A stretch of 63,460 nucleotides of DNA, the filler included, from Octopus bimaculoides (lineage: Eukaryota): NCBI RefSeq assembly GCF_001194135.2. It is 4 parts of 4 records of this genome, joined end to end, with 100 filler letters (N's around TTAATTAATTAA, not from the genome) between each part and the next. Parts side by side here need not be neighbours in the genome. Positions count along the whole stretch, not along the records: positions 40,412 to 57,205 come from NC_068981.1; positions 57,306 to 63,460 come from NC_068996.1; 2 more parts are not named here. One strand, given 5' to 3'. This document shows, piece after piece, positions 50,499-62,524 of this stretch; the stretch's first letter is position 1; the number at the start of each line of letters is the position of its first letter. The notes below the pieces were generated by a model that saw only the letters and a list, made by a program, of their open reading frames with translations, searched no databases and was not told the origin of the DNA. The translations under genes were made by a program, and so were the position numbers.

Positions 50499-50814
50499 NN
50501 NNNNNNNNNNNNNNNNNNNNNNNNNNNNNNNNNNNNNNNNNNNNNNNNNNNNNNNNNNNNNNNNNNNNNNNNNNNNNNNNNNNNNNNNNNNNNNNNNNNN
50601 NNNNNNNNNNNNNNNNNNNNNNNNNNNNNNNNNNNNNNNNNNNNNNNNNNNNNNNNNNNNNNNNNNNNNNNNNNNNNNNNNNNNNNNNNNNNNTATATAT
50701 GTATGTGTACATACTATAGAGTATATATATGACATATATATATATATTGTACATTTACTTATTTATTTATACGTTTCAGCCAAGTGGCTGCTGTCGTGCT
50801 GGAGCACCACCATG

Positions 50815-52205
50815 ACTTTTCCTCCTTATGCTGTGCTCTCTACACATTCCTTGCATGGCTATTCTCCATCAGCTGATGTCCAATCAAGACTTTCGATGGC
50901 ACATCTGGTGTATAAGTAATTTGACATCGCTGCCCTCAACTGTGTCTCATTTTGAGCCATCGGTTTGTCTGGTATCGTGGATAGGAAAGCATCGAGTTTT
51001 GTTTTGAAGACCTCTACATCCATGTCTTTCAGGTCTCTCAATTGTTTTGGCAGGGCATTAAAGATCTGAGGTCCTCTGAAACCGAGGCTGTTGCAATACC
51101 TTGTTCTTATATGAGATGCAGTGGCGACATGTGTGGGCATTCATGTAGTATTGATACCAAAGTTTGGTACCAGTCCTTCCAGTATTTTCCATATGTAAAT
51201 TATTACATATCTCTCCCACCTGCGCTCCAGGGAGTAGAGACTTAGTGCCTTCAGTTGCTCCCTGTAATTCATCTGATGGACTATGGCGATCTTTTTTGTA
51301 TTGTGACGCTGAATTGCCTCGAGTTCTGTTGTTAGATTGACACTGTTTGGTGACCACAAATGACAGCAATAGTCTAGGTGGCTCAACAAATGTCTTCCAT
51401 AGAGTCAACATGACATTTTGATCCCTTGTTCCGAATGTCCTCAGTGTCCACCCTGCCAGTTGTCTACACTTTCCTGTCATGTCAACTTGACAATGTACAT
51501 GTGAAATGATGCATCACTACACATGCTGATGCCCAGGTCTCTCACTGTTTGTGGTTCTGGAATTGCAGTACCTCCAAATCCTGTGTATGCCAGTTGGGGA
51601 GCACTTGTGGACTTGTAGCACAGTATTTCAAACTTTTTAGCATTGGACTGCATATTATTTTGCTCTGCCCACTGGTTTATTGCATTTAAATCATTCTGTG
51701 AGCTTATGACATCATCAGGATTCTTTATTACCTGATATAGTTTTGTGTCATCAGTGTAGCTAGTGACAGTGGTTGTTCAAGTGACCGTGGGCATGTCCAG
51801 AAGGGCTACTATGAACAATAGTGGCCCCAGACAGTTCCTCGTGGAATACAGCTCAATATTTGCGTTTCCCTACATAATTCTCCATTGGCTGCAACTATCT
51901 GACTTTTACCATTCAGCCACTCTCCTAATTTACCAGCTATGCCAAGGTTTCACAGCTTGTGATATACCATGCTATGATCAACTTTGTCAAAGGCTTTTGC
52001 AAAGTTGAGATATATCACATCAACATTTGAATGGTGAAGTAGCTGCTTCAGGATCCAGTCATAATGTTGCAAGAGCTGCGTGAGGCAGCTTCTACCTGGA
52101 CGGAAACCATGCTGGGTTTCATTCAGCAAGTCATTTTCTTCTAGGAACGCAATCAATCTCCTTCTGACAATTCGTTCCATGACTTTGCTAATATGTGAAG
52201 TCAGA
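50815..52205 (-). mobile_element. CR1/L2-group LINE RT fragment
   Basis: ISLTSHISKVMERIV, QHGFRPGRSCLTQLL, VDVIYLNFAKAFDKVDH, YTDDTKL, HLDYCCHLWSP, LEAIQR, YSLERRWERY. Confidence 0.88.
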
Positions 52206-52299
52206 GATATAGTATATATATATATATATATATATTCATACTATATATACGTGTATAGTATAGATATATATACAATATATTTATTTTCATACTCACAGT

Positions 52300-55200
52300 T
52301 GTCATCATCATCATCATCGTTGAACATCCGCTTTCCAAGCTGGCATAGGTTGGACGATTTGACTGAGGACTGGCGAACCAGATGGCTGCACCAGGCTCCA
52401 ATCTGATCTGTCAGAGTTTCTACAGCTAGATGCCCTTCCTAACACCAACCACTCCGAGAATATAGTGGGTGCTTTTACGTGCCACCGGCAGAAGGGCCAG
52501 TGAGGCGGTACTGGCAATGGCCACACTGAAATGGTTGTTTTTTATGTGCCACCTGCACAGGAGCCAGTCCAGTGGCACTAGCAACGACCTCGGTCAAATG
52601 TTCTTTCACATGCCACCGGCACAAATACCAGTAAGATCGAATAGTCCTTTTTACATGCCACCAGCACGGAAGCCAGTCAGCTGCTCTGGCAACGATCATG
52701 CTCGGATGGTGGTGTTAGCATCCCATTAGCACTGTTGCCAGTCATCTAACTGATTTCAATTTCGATTTCACTTGCCTCAACAGGTCTTCGCAAGCAGAGT
52801 TTAATGTCCAATGAAAGAAATGTACGCCTAAGTGGGCTGGTTACACCACTGGCATAGGCCACAGGTTATGGTCTCACTTGGCTTGCTGGGTCTTCTCAAG
52901 CACAGTATATTTCCAAAGGACTCGGTCACTAATCATTGCCTTGGTGAGGCATAATGTTCGAAGGTCATGCTTTGCCACCTCATCCCAGGTCTTCCTGGGT
53001 CTACCTCTTTCACAGTTTCCCTCAACTGCTAGGGTCTGGCAATTTTACACACAGCTATTCTCATCCATTCTTGCCACATGACCATACCAGTGCAATTGTC
53101 TCTCTTGCACACCACATCTGATGCTTCTTATGTCCAACTTTTCTCTGAAGGGACTTACATCCTGTTCAGTATGCACACTGATATTACACATCCAGCGGAG
53201 CATTCTAGCTTCATTCCTTGCAAGCTTATGCATGTCCTCAGCAGTCATGGCCCATGTTTCACTGCCATATAGCATTGTTGTTTGTACACTTGTGTCATAC
53301 AGTCTACCTTTTAATCTGAGCGAGAGGCACTTTGTCACCAGCCGAGGTAAGAGCTCTCTGATCTTTGGCCAGGCTATTCTTATTCTAGCAGCTACACTTT
53401 CAGTGCACCCACCCCCTCTTCTGACTTGGTCAGCTAGGTAACGGAAGCTATCAACTACTTCTAGTTTTTCTCCCTGGAATGTGGCAGAAGTTGTTCTCTG
53501 CACATTTTCAGTGTTTATTGCCCCTGAGCACCTGCCACATACAAAACTTATCTTCCCAGTTAACCTTCTTTTGATATTGCTACACCATATATATGTCCAT
53601 AGCTTACACTGGGTACATCTTATGGAGTTTCTAGCTACTCCTTTTCTACAGATCGAGCAGGGCCATCTACCTGAAGGGATTTGTGGTTTGTCTACCTTCC
53701 TACTTACTAGGAATTTGGTTTTAGCTAGGTTGACTATAAGGCCCTTGGATTCTAATCCTTGCTTCCACACCTGAAACTTTTCCTCTAGTTCTTATAGTGA
53801 CTCAGCAATTAGAGCAAGGTCATCAGCATAGAGGAGCTCCCAGGAGCATCCTGTCTTGAATTCCTCTGTCGTTGCCTGGAGGACTATGATAAATAGGAAG
53901 GGGCTGAGGACTGAACTTTGGTGGACCCCTACTACCCGGAATTCTTCACTGTACTCGTTGCCAACCCTCACTTTACTGACAGTGTCCCTGTACATGGCTT
54001 GCACAGCTCTCACCAACCATTCATCTATCCCTAGTTTCCTCATTGACCACCAGATAAGGTATTAGTGGACCCTGTCAAAGGATTTCTCATGTCAACAAAG
54101 GCAGTTACAGAGGTTTATCTTTGGCTAGGTATTTCTCCTGCAGCTGTCTTACCAGAAATATGGCATCAGTGGTGCTTTTCCCTGGCACGAACCCAAACTG
54201 CATCGCATTTAAACTGACTCTCTCCCTAATTAGTTGGGCTATGACCCTCTCTGTGACCTTCATTACCTGATACAGCAACTTGATACCTCTGTAATTATTT
54301 GTATCTAAAGCGTCACCTTTACCTTTGTAACAGTTGACAATGGTGCTGCCACACCAGTCATTGGGTATGACTCCTTCTTGTATCACCTGGTTAACTATAC
54401 AGGTGATTACGCTATAGCCAACACCGCCAGATATTTTGGGCGGTGATTCCTGATGGGCCGGGGGCTTTCCCTTTCTTCATAATCTTTATTGCTTTATCTA
54501 CCAAGATAGTGTCAATTCGGCTAGCTGGTCCCTCTGTTGGGTCGACATTCGGTAGACTCTCTTTCTCCCATTCATTTTGTTCATTGAGCAACCTTTCATA
54601 GTGGCGTCTCCAAACCTCTCTCTTTGCATCCTCGTTTAGTGCAAGTGAACTATCATCCGTGCGGACACATTTCTTTCCTACGGCATTCCCTGCTACCCCG
54701 TTCTTCCACTCCTTCTAAGCGTGTTTCTTTTCTCTAATAGCCCTGTCATGAACATTGTTCTACCACCACATTATTTTGGGTCGAGAAGGGATTTTGCACC
54801 ATCCACAGATCTTGTCAGTGACCCTCAGCGGGTTGTCCCGTAAAATCCTCCAGTTGCCTTCTTCACCGTGTGAAGCTATATCCCCTTCTATTTTGTCAAA
54901 GGCTTCAAGTAATACATCTCTAAATCTCTGTCCATTCGCAGGATCTTTAAGCTTCTAGACCCTTCTCCTCCATGCTGGTTGTCTTCTGGCCAACCACTTA
55001 GACTGGTAATTAGTGACTTCAGGATCAGGGCTATGTTGTGGGGTACATTCTTCGCCTGGGAAGGTTTTGGCATTTATAAGCAGTCATATTTCCCTTTTTC
55101 TGGCGTTAATGTAGTCAATTTGGCTAGTGTATCTGCTAGAATGGTAAGTGACAGGTTTCCTGAAGTTAGTATTGCAAACCGTAAGATCATTTGCATCGCG

Positions 55201-55800
55201 GAATTCCAGCAGCCTGGTTCCCTCCTCATTGCGGGAACCAAAACCGTAGCCTCCATGTATGCCATGGAAGCCCCCTGTATGTTGTCCATGTCCATTGAAG
55301 TCACCACTCAGAAAGGGAAGGTCCCTGTCATTTGTCAATGATGTAGTCTGCAAGAGGGTGTCATAATATCGGTCTTTCTTTCCATCAGGTATCCCCAGCT
55401 GAGGTGCATAGGCCGAGATAATGGTTGCTAACCCATGATGAAGCACTAATCTAATCTTAAGTATTCTGTTGCATACTCTGACTACCTCGATTACCATATC
55501 CACCCATTTCTCCACAAGAAGTATACCCACGCCCCCGACCCCGTCTGTGTTCCCTGCCCAGAATATTTTGTACCTGTGTTCTTTGCCTGTGAGGAACCTA
55601 GCGGAACCTCCTCTCCACCTTACTTCTTGGAGGCAGCAGATATCAACACATCTTCGTTCAAGCATCACAACAATTTCACCAGACCTGCCTTTCGGTGTGC
55701 TGACATTGAGTGTGCCAACACTGAGGGTGTGGGAGGTGTAGGCCTGTGAGACCCTGGGACGGGGGACAGTAGCATAATCTACCTGAAAAGAAAGCAAATT
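52300..55800 (-). mobile_element. Near-full-length, frameshifted RTE-clade LINE (APE + RT + 3'UTR + (ATG)n tail)
   Basis: APE: GTLNV..GRSGEIV..LERRCVDICCLQEVRW, GDFNGH, SQIDYI. RT: KGKGDALDTNNYRGIKLL, QFGFVPGKSTTDAIF, GVHQSSVLSP, LLYADDL, YLADQ, MLYGSETW, RGRPRKTW. Stop at 52874-52876; (CAT)n at 52300-52320. Confidence 0.92.
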
Positions 55801-56167
55801 TAGACAAGAGCATCTTCTGGATATGTATTCTTTCGGTGGAGTTATTAAAAATCAAGTAGGGGAATCCGAATACGTGCGGTAGTTTATATAGGGTGATGGT
55901 GGTGTTGGAGGAAGTCTTGGTGAAGTGAGTGGTAATCGAAAGAGAGAGAGAGAGAGAAAGACAGACAGTGAGGCCGAGAGAGAGAGAGAGACAGATTGAG
56001 GCAGAGAGAGAGAGAGAGGCAGTGCCAGAGTTAGGGTGGTCAGAACACAAGGGAAAAAAATATTTTTGGGGGATTTGGGTAGCATAATTTAACAAAACAG
56101 CAAATGTCGGTAATAGTAAAATAGAATTGAAAAATCTTAGCGTTCTTGGTCAGCCAATATATATAGT

Positions 56168-56226
<59 letters not shown>

Positions 56227-57205
56227 CATATATAACAGCANNNNNNNNNNNNNNNNNNNNNNNNNNNNNNNNNNNNNNNNNNNNNNAAAAACAATTTTAG
56301 AATTATGTTTTTCTATCAAAACTCTAAAAAAAACTGACCATCAAAGAAAAAAAGAAACAACCATGATTCAACCACATCTAAAAATAAGTGCTAATACTAA
56401 GTGAACAAAGATGAACCATCTCACTTCCATTGCGGGCACACACACACACACAGACAGTCAGACACACACACACACATATTCACATGCCCCCTCCCTTTTA
56501 CACACACACACACATATTCACACAAATTTGAAAAGCTGTTTGATTTATTTTTTTCAGCATACAATTTTCATCATCCCACTACCAAGTATGACATCACCCC
56601 TTCCTTCCTTATTCATGTATCACCTCTTCTTTTCTCATTCATAAACACATGAGTATTATTATATTAGATTATCTCAGTAACCTTCGGAGCTACAAAAAAT
56701 ACAAAACCCAGCAACACCAATGGATCATTCTACACATCTGTGTAATTTCTTGCGCAATTCCACCCGGCCGTTTGACCATGAATACCAAGAGTAGAAAGAA
56801 TCGCCCATTTCAAATTTATATGTGTGTATACATATATATATATATATTGAAAATGAATAAGAATGAAAATGCCGCTTTTTTAAAACATTTTTGGGGTGTT
56901 TTAATTAATTTACATGTTTCGGTTTTTTGAAAAACCTTATCAAAAATGAATATAAAATATGTGTGAAGAGAAAAGGGTTATTAATAAAATAAAATTGAAA
57001 TTAAAATTAAGAATGACATTCATAGTTTACTGTTATTTCTTGCATGCGCACGTGGTCCTATCCTTGAACATGGTAATTCCAACTGGTTCTTTTAGTAGAT
57101 TACTACTATCTGTTTTAGTAAATTAAATAGTGGTCAGGGAGGGATTCTTGGAGTGGTAGCTGTCAAATAACTAGCAGCAGTCATGGTAATAACAATAGTA
57201 GTAGT

Positions 57206-57305
57206 NNNNNNNNNNNNNNNNNNNNNNNNNNNNNNNNNNNNNNNNNNNNTTAATTAATTAANNNNNNNNNNNNNNNNNNNNNNNNNNNNNNNNNNNNNNN
57301 NNNNN
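57206..57305. other. Artificial concatenation spacer (44N-TTAATTAATTAA-44N)
   Basis: Same structure as 24083-24182. Confidence 0.93.
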
Positions 57306-57434
57306 ATATATATATATGCATACGTACCGTACCTGCTTACCTACATTCCTTCTACATATACATTCATATACACATGTACATGCATACATACACATACATA
57401 TGCGCACACACACACACGCACACACGCACATGCG

Positions 57435-57482
<48 letters not shown>

Positions 57483-57825
57483 TATACACAAAGACGGTTG
57501 GGAACGAACATAGGTCTGCTTGCATGATTAGAGCTAACCCGTCGCTAAACAACATGTTCAAATACCACAATAACTTTGAACAACTTAATACAGACTGCCA
57601 CAGCTGATATCTCTCTCACTACAACTACTATTACTACTATTACTACTCACTACTGTTCAGACTACGACTACTACTCTCACCACCACTGCCATCAGAACAG
57701 CTGCTACACCGTAACCGAAGTCATTTATATGAACACCTACACTCATACGCTGCCACAGCGAATTTGAATTTCCTTCTCAGCGCAACGATGACTCGCAATT
57801 TCGTGAAGCGTTCCATATTTTCTCA

Positions 57826-57990
57826 GGCGCAGACGTGGCTGTGTGGTAAGAAGCTTGCTTACCAACCACATGGTTCCGGGTTCAGTCCCACTGCGTGGCA
57901 CCTTTGGTAGGTGTCTTCTACTATAGCCTCAGGCCGATCAAAGCTTTGTGAGTGGATTAGGTAGACGGAAACTGAAATAAACCCGTCGTA
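57826..57990 (+). mobile_element. SINE family A 5' half
   Basis: ggcgcagacgtggctgtgtggtaagaagc...ggttcagtcccactgcg. Confidence 0.85.
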
Positions 57991-57991
57991 T

Positions 57992-58022
<31 letters not shown>

Positions 58023-58376
58023 TATGTATGTGTGTATACCCCCACCCTTAGCCTAAACCACATCCCACTCATGCTTTCCCCACTCTCGCCTCCCCCACAT
58101 CCCAACACCACCACACCAAACGCCACCATACCACACAACACCACATCACACCACCACGCACACACTAGCGCTGACCACTTCCCAGCATCCACACCATCAT
58201 CCACACACTTACACATGCACACACATACACGTCAAGGTTACCAGCCCTCTTCCACACGCACGCGCACCTTCGTTTTGGGATCACCACAACTTTATTATCT
58301 CTCCTTCTTCCTAGCTCTCCCGTGTGACTCCTCTGTCCGGCATTCGCCATGATAGATCGCAAGCTACTACACATTC

Positions 58377-58532
58377 TTTTTTCTCTCTCCCTGTTTCTTT
58401 CTGTTCCTTTCTGTGGAATAGCATAGGCTCGAAACGTTAAAGACTTTTTCACTTCCCAAATGTTAAACTAATACATCTGTTTGTTGTCTACACCACCTGT
58501 CTTCGTATTTTTTTTTTTTTGTGAATTCTCCC
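58377..58532 (+). mobile_element. PLE pseudo-LTR-like repeat with degenerate hammerhead-like motif (58407-58442)
   Basis: CUUU-CUGUGGA-A-UAGC(AUAG)GCUC-GAAAC-GUU-AAAG; same family as 6798-6950. Confidence 0.6.
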
Positions 58533-58562
58533 TATATATATATACACACATACATATATATA

Positions 58563-58865
58563 TCTTGGGCAAGTGTCTTCTACTACAGCCTCGAGCTGAC
58601 CAAAGCCTTGAGAGTGGATTTGGTAGACAGAAACTGAAAGAAGCCCGTTGTATATGCATGTATGTGTGCTTCTCCTACCCACTGCTCGACAACTGGTGTT
58701 GGTATGTTTGTGTCCCCGTATCTAGCTGTTCGACAAAAGATATCGATAGAATAAGTACCTGGCTTTAAAAAAAAAACTTGATTACTGGGGTTGATTCATT
58801 CGAGTAAAAATTCATCAAGGCGGTGCCCCAGTATGGCCACAGCATAGTGACCGAAAGAAGTAAAA
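58563..58865 (+). mobile_element. SINE family A, 5'-truncated
   Basis: cttgggcaagtgtcttctactacagcc...aaggcggtgccccagtatggcc. Confidence 0.78.
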
Positions 58866-59075
58866 ATGTAAGAAAGATAAAAGCCTAGCTTTAAGTTCTT
58901 TATCTTTGTATTTCTTCCCTGTACACACGCGTTCAGACATACACATAAACACAGGTACGTTTCGTATAGTGGGTGCTACCTGAAGCAGTACCTTTTTTTC
59001 CCAGCAACTAGCAATCCGTTATAATTACGTGACGACTCTTATATTTCCCAAGACCGTAATTAAAAAATTTTTCAA

Positions 59076-59300
59076 GGCGGCGGGCTAGCTGGCAGAATCG
59101 CTAGCTCGCTGGACGAAATGCTTAGAAGTATATCGCCCGTCGCTACGTTCTGAAATAAAATTCCGCCGAGGTCGGCTTTGCGTTTCATTCTTTTGAGTTC
59201 GATAAATTAAGTACCAGTGAAACACTATGGGTCAATGTAATCGACTAGTCATCTCCCTTGAAAATTTTCAGACCAAGTGTCTATAGTAGAAAGGATTATT
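59076..59300 (+). mobile_element. SINE family B
   Basis: ggcggcgggctagctggcagaatcg...gataaattaagtaccagtg. Confidence 0.8.
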
Positions 59301-59893
59301 AATAACTTTTTCGCTCTTAAGCTTTCATGGTATACATTTATTCACTAGTAACATATCATGAAAGCTAAGACACTCTATTCCCACCTGACAATGATACTAC
59401 GAAGACGTGAATGTTTAAAACTAAATCTAAAACCGTGTGTTAAACCGCCACTTCCTTAAGTTCTTCTCCGGAAACATCAAATTGATAGTGGTTTAAAACA
59501 AACGTAAACCAGCAAATCCCTAAGATTATCATTAATTACAAACAAGAAAGACCCTTAAAACTTAAAAGGTTGGTAAGCCTAAAATTACAGAGGATAAAGG
59601 GATCTGTTAGGTGATGAACAACAACCTACTTGTCGCGACATCCAACCACGCCCACTCTAATACAGACGAGATTACTCTTCGTCTCTCCCTAAGTTTCCCC
59701 AGCAATGCACCGTCCACTCGCAGCTTAGACACTGCATACCAAACCTGCATTGAATAGAGACCTTGAGAATATTCCATTCTTGGTTCTTTTAACAAGAAAA
59801 TTCAAGCACTATTCATATCAGTAAAACACTATCATATCATACTCTCACTAAACTGCCTGGCACTCAGCTAGAGCCCTTACTGTTGCTCTAAAT

Positions 59894-60426
59894 CAGTGTT
59901 TCTCAACAGATTTTTTGATACCTACAGATCCACTTTGATTTCTCTTTTATTTGGATGTACCCACCTGGCCATCCGATGTTTTATAAAATCGTATTTTTTT
60001 TTATATATAATTAAATATTATTATTATGTCTAGAGAGAGTCATTCTCTTTTAGTGCCTTATCAATTTAACACACTCACCGGTCTGATTTCCATTCATTTA
60101 CTTATTTATTTTTTCTAATATTTCCTTGCGTCTTGTAGCCTTTTCAACAGTCGTCGACTCTACCCGTTATTGGAACTGCATTTTTTTAAATAAAGCACTA
60201 AAAGAGAATGTCTCTCTCCAGACACAATAGAATATGCTTCAACACACGAACTCACATAAAGAATCTTGCAAACCAAATACAAAAACGAAATAAACATTGT
60301 ATAAACAAAATTGTTAAAATATTTTGTGCATTGTGGAAGTATAACCAATTAATTGCAGATATATTTCAACAACAAAATCTTCTATGGACCCCCAAGAGCC
60401 ATACGGACCCTGGTTGCGAACTGCTG
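59894..60426. mobile_element. hAT (Charlie-type) MITE
   Basis: TIRs cagtgtttctcaac and gttgcgaactgctg; 8-bp TSD ctctaaat (59886-59893) and ttctaaat (60427-60434). Confidence 0.75.
60028..60223. repeat. Fold-back element nested in the hAT MITE
   Basis: 33-bp inverted ends gtctagagagagtcattctcttttagtgcctta and taaagcactaaaagagaatgtctctctccagac. Confidence 0.7.
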
Positions 60427-60449
60427 TTCTAAATGGTGGGACTTCCACC

Positions 60450-62335
60450 ATTTGGAGCGATATCTTTAGCACAGCTAGAAATGCATCTCAAAAAACTAGA
60501 CCTTCTCTTTAAGATTAGATATTTTATACCACTTCTATTAGTTGCTGACACTGTGCAAGGCTTAACTGAAACCCGCAATACAATATTGCGCCTGGGTCGC
60601 ATCTGAAAGACATTGTCATTCCATCACTAACAGATGCACAGCAACCTCTAGCCTATAAGTTTGCTGTCTTCTCCCTGTTCTTATATCGCTACTTTAACGG
60701 GTGAGAGGTACCAACTGGATTTCCCAAATGCACCAATGCGGGCATGGGCAAACAACATCAGATCTTCCAGATTGTATCTGAATAGCGTGTTCTGTAGGCC
60801 AGTAGACAGGGGTGGTGTAGGTTGTCTACAATTCAAAGTCGTTGGCTATACCGACTAGCAATTTGTGTTCTGTACGGTCGACCTAGATAGGCAACATAGA
60901 TAGAAAGCTGGTCACTGAAAGCTGAGCGTATTTTTGGCGGCGCGCCAAGTTTACAAGCCCCAGATTAAAGATCTAATTAAGGGGAAGTTGATGAAGGCAG
61001 TCATCAACAACCGGTGGTAGTTAGTCCTATTAGGTTAGAATTGAAAAAAGCTAGGCTAGAAGTGATTAGGCTTAGTAAGGAAATGTGGTAAAGAATTCAG
61101 GAGTAGAGATTGAACTAGTTAATAAGCACTTAGAAATGGATTGTAAGTGACATCCTAGCGGCGAGATTGGCCTTTGACTGATTATTCAATGCTAAGCATG
61201 AAGGTTACAATGTCGGAGCTATGGTGGATGTTCTAAGATATGGGAAAACAAAAAGCCATTTGATGCGCCCCGAAGGCTGGGGTGTAACGCGATAACAAAT
61301 CCACAGTTTGGTCTTTGACGGAACGGGAGGGGCGCATGCTATTCGATTCCAAGTAGATCTCTACAGTTTTTCAGTGGCACTTCTCTCAACTGTTTGGAGT
61401 GGACGGTGGACCAGAGATGAAGGTTGACTTTACCTCTATACCCTGCCGCAGCTCTCGACCGGGGATGCGGAATAATATGATAAGCCGATAACAGCTGGAA
61501 GTGATGAAGGACCAACGATGGAGAAATCGCCAGGGTAGGATGGTCGGTCCGATGAGCTTTATCGTCATACACCAGGCTTATTAGGGAACCCCTTGGAAGT
61601 TGTTTACTGCAGCAAGACGGAAGGATTTTCCTGTCTAGCGAAGCGAAGTACATTGGTACTTCTGAGAAAGGACGCGAACAAGAGGTATCATTCTAACTTC
61701 AGACTCATAACTCAAATATAGAGTTGAAAATTTTGGCCCACTCGTTAGCAAAAAGGTTAACGCAACAGTTCTATATTTAAGAGATGAGGAATTAGGTGCA
61801 TTATTTACACTATTTACATTATTTACATTCAACGGATATTTGTCCTCATTCTCTGACCTTTGAGCTTCATAAACTCCTTAATTTGGCGTGTCTTCACCAT
61901 TTCTTAATCTGGCGTGTCTTCACCAGTGTTAACAACAAAAAAGATGAGGGCAAATGTCCGTTGAATGTAAATAATGTAAATAATGTAAATAAGGCAGGTT
62001 AGCGCTAGTCGATACTCTGGTAGATGAGGCACAAACATGCGCCATATCAAGCAGATCTGCCTACGATAACCTCTACCTCACGCGATACATCATAGGGTAA
62101 ATGAAGAACCTGGCATGGTTGGGCCTCTGCTTAGTTTAGATCAGTCGAGAGCATTTGACAGAGTTGACCATCAATAATTGGAAGTTGTCTTGAAGGCAGC
62201 TGGTTTCGGTCCCATTTTCAGTAGCTGGATTGTTGCAATTTACCAAAGAGATTTGTTCGGTGGTCAGAATAAATGGCACGGGTCAGAACCGTTTAGTAAC
62301 ATGAACTCTTTCCGTCAAGGACGCTCCTCTCTCTC
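60450..62335 (+). mobile_element. Decayed Tx1/L1-clade LINE fragments
   Basis: EKSPG.DG..ELY, LLRKDANK, RSAYDNLYLTRYII, LDQSRAFDRVDHQ.LEVVLKAAGFGPIFSSWIVAIY. Confidence 0.65.
61765..61992. mobile_element. Internally deleted fold-back of the 37770-38287 family, inserted into a Tx1-like LINE
   Basis: Left arm acagttctatatttaagagatgagg...ttgtcctcat; right arm gatgagggcaaatgtccgttgaatgtaaataatgtaaat; ribozyme region absent. Confidence 0.7.
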
Positions 62336-62344
62336 CAATTCACA

Positions 62345-62510
62345 GCAACAATGCTCTTCTCAGTACGTGTGATGTACCAGTAAAGACAATCTTTTGCATT
62401 TCCTGCATGGATGGTAAACCAGGGATCATTCTTAGATAATTTTCGCTTCCTTTTTTTGATCATTCCAAGTGTTCCTACAATCACTGGTGTGCTTACTACC
62501 TGCAGCCTAC
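62345..62510 (-). mobile_element. Second, different R4/Dong-like C-terminal fragment
   Basis: STPVIVGTLGMIKK...MQEMQKIVFTGTSHVLRRAL. Confidence 0.65.
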
Positions 62511-62524
62511 GGTACCATGTTATC

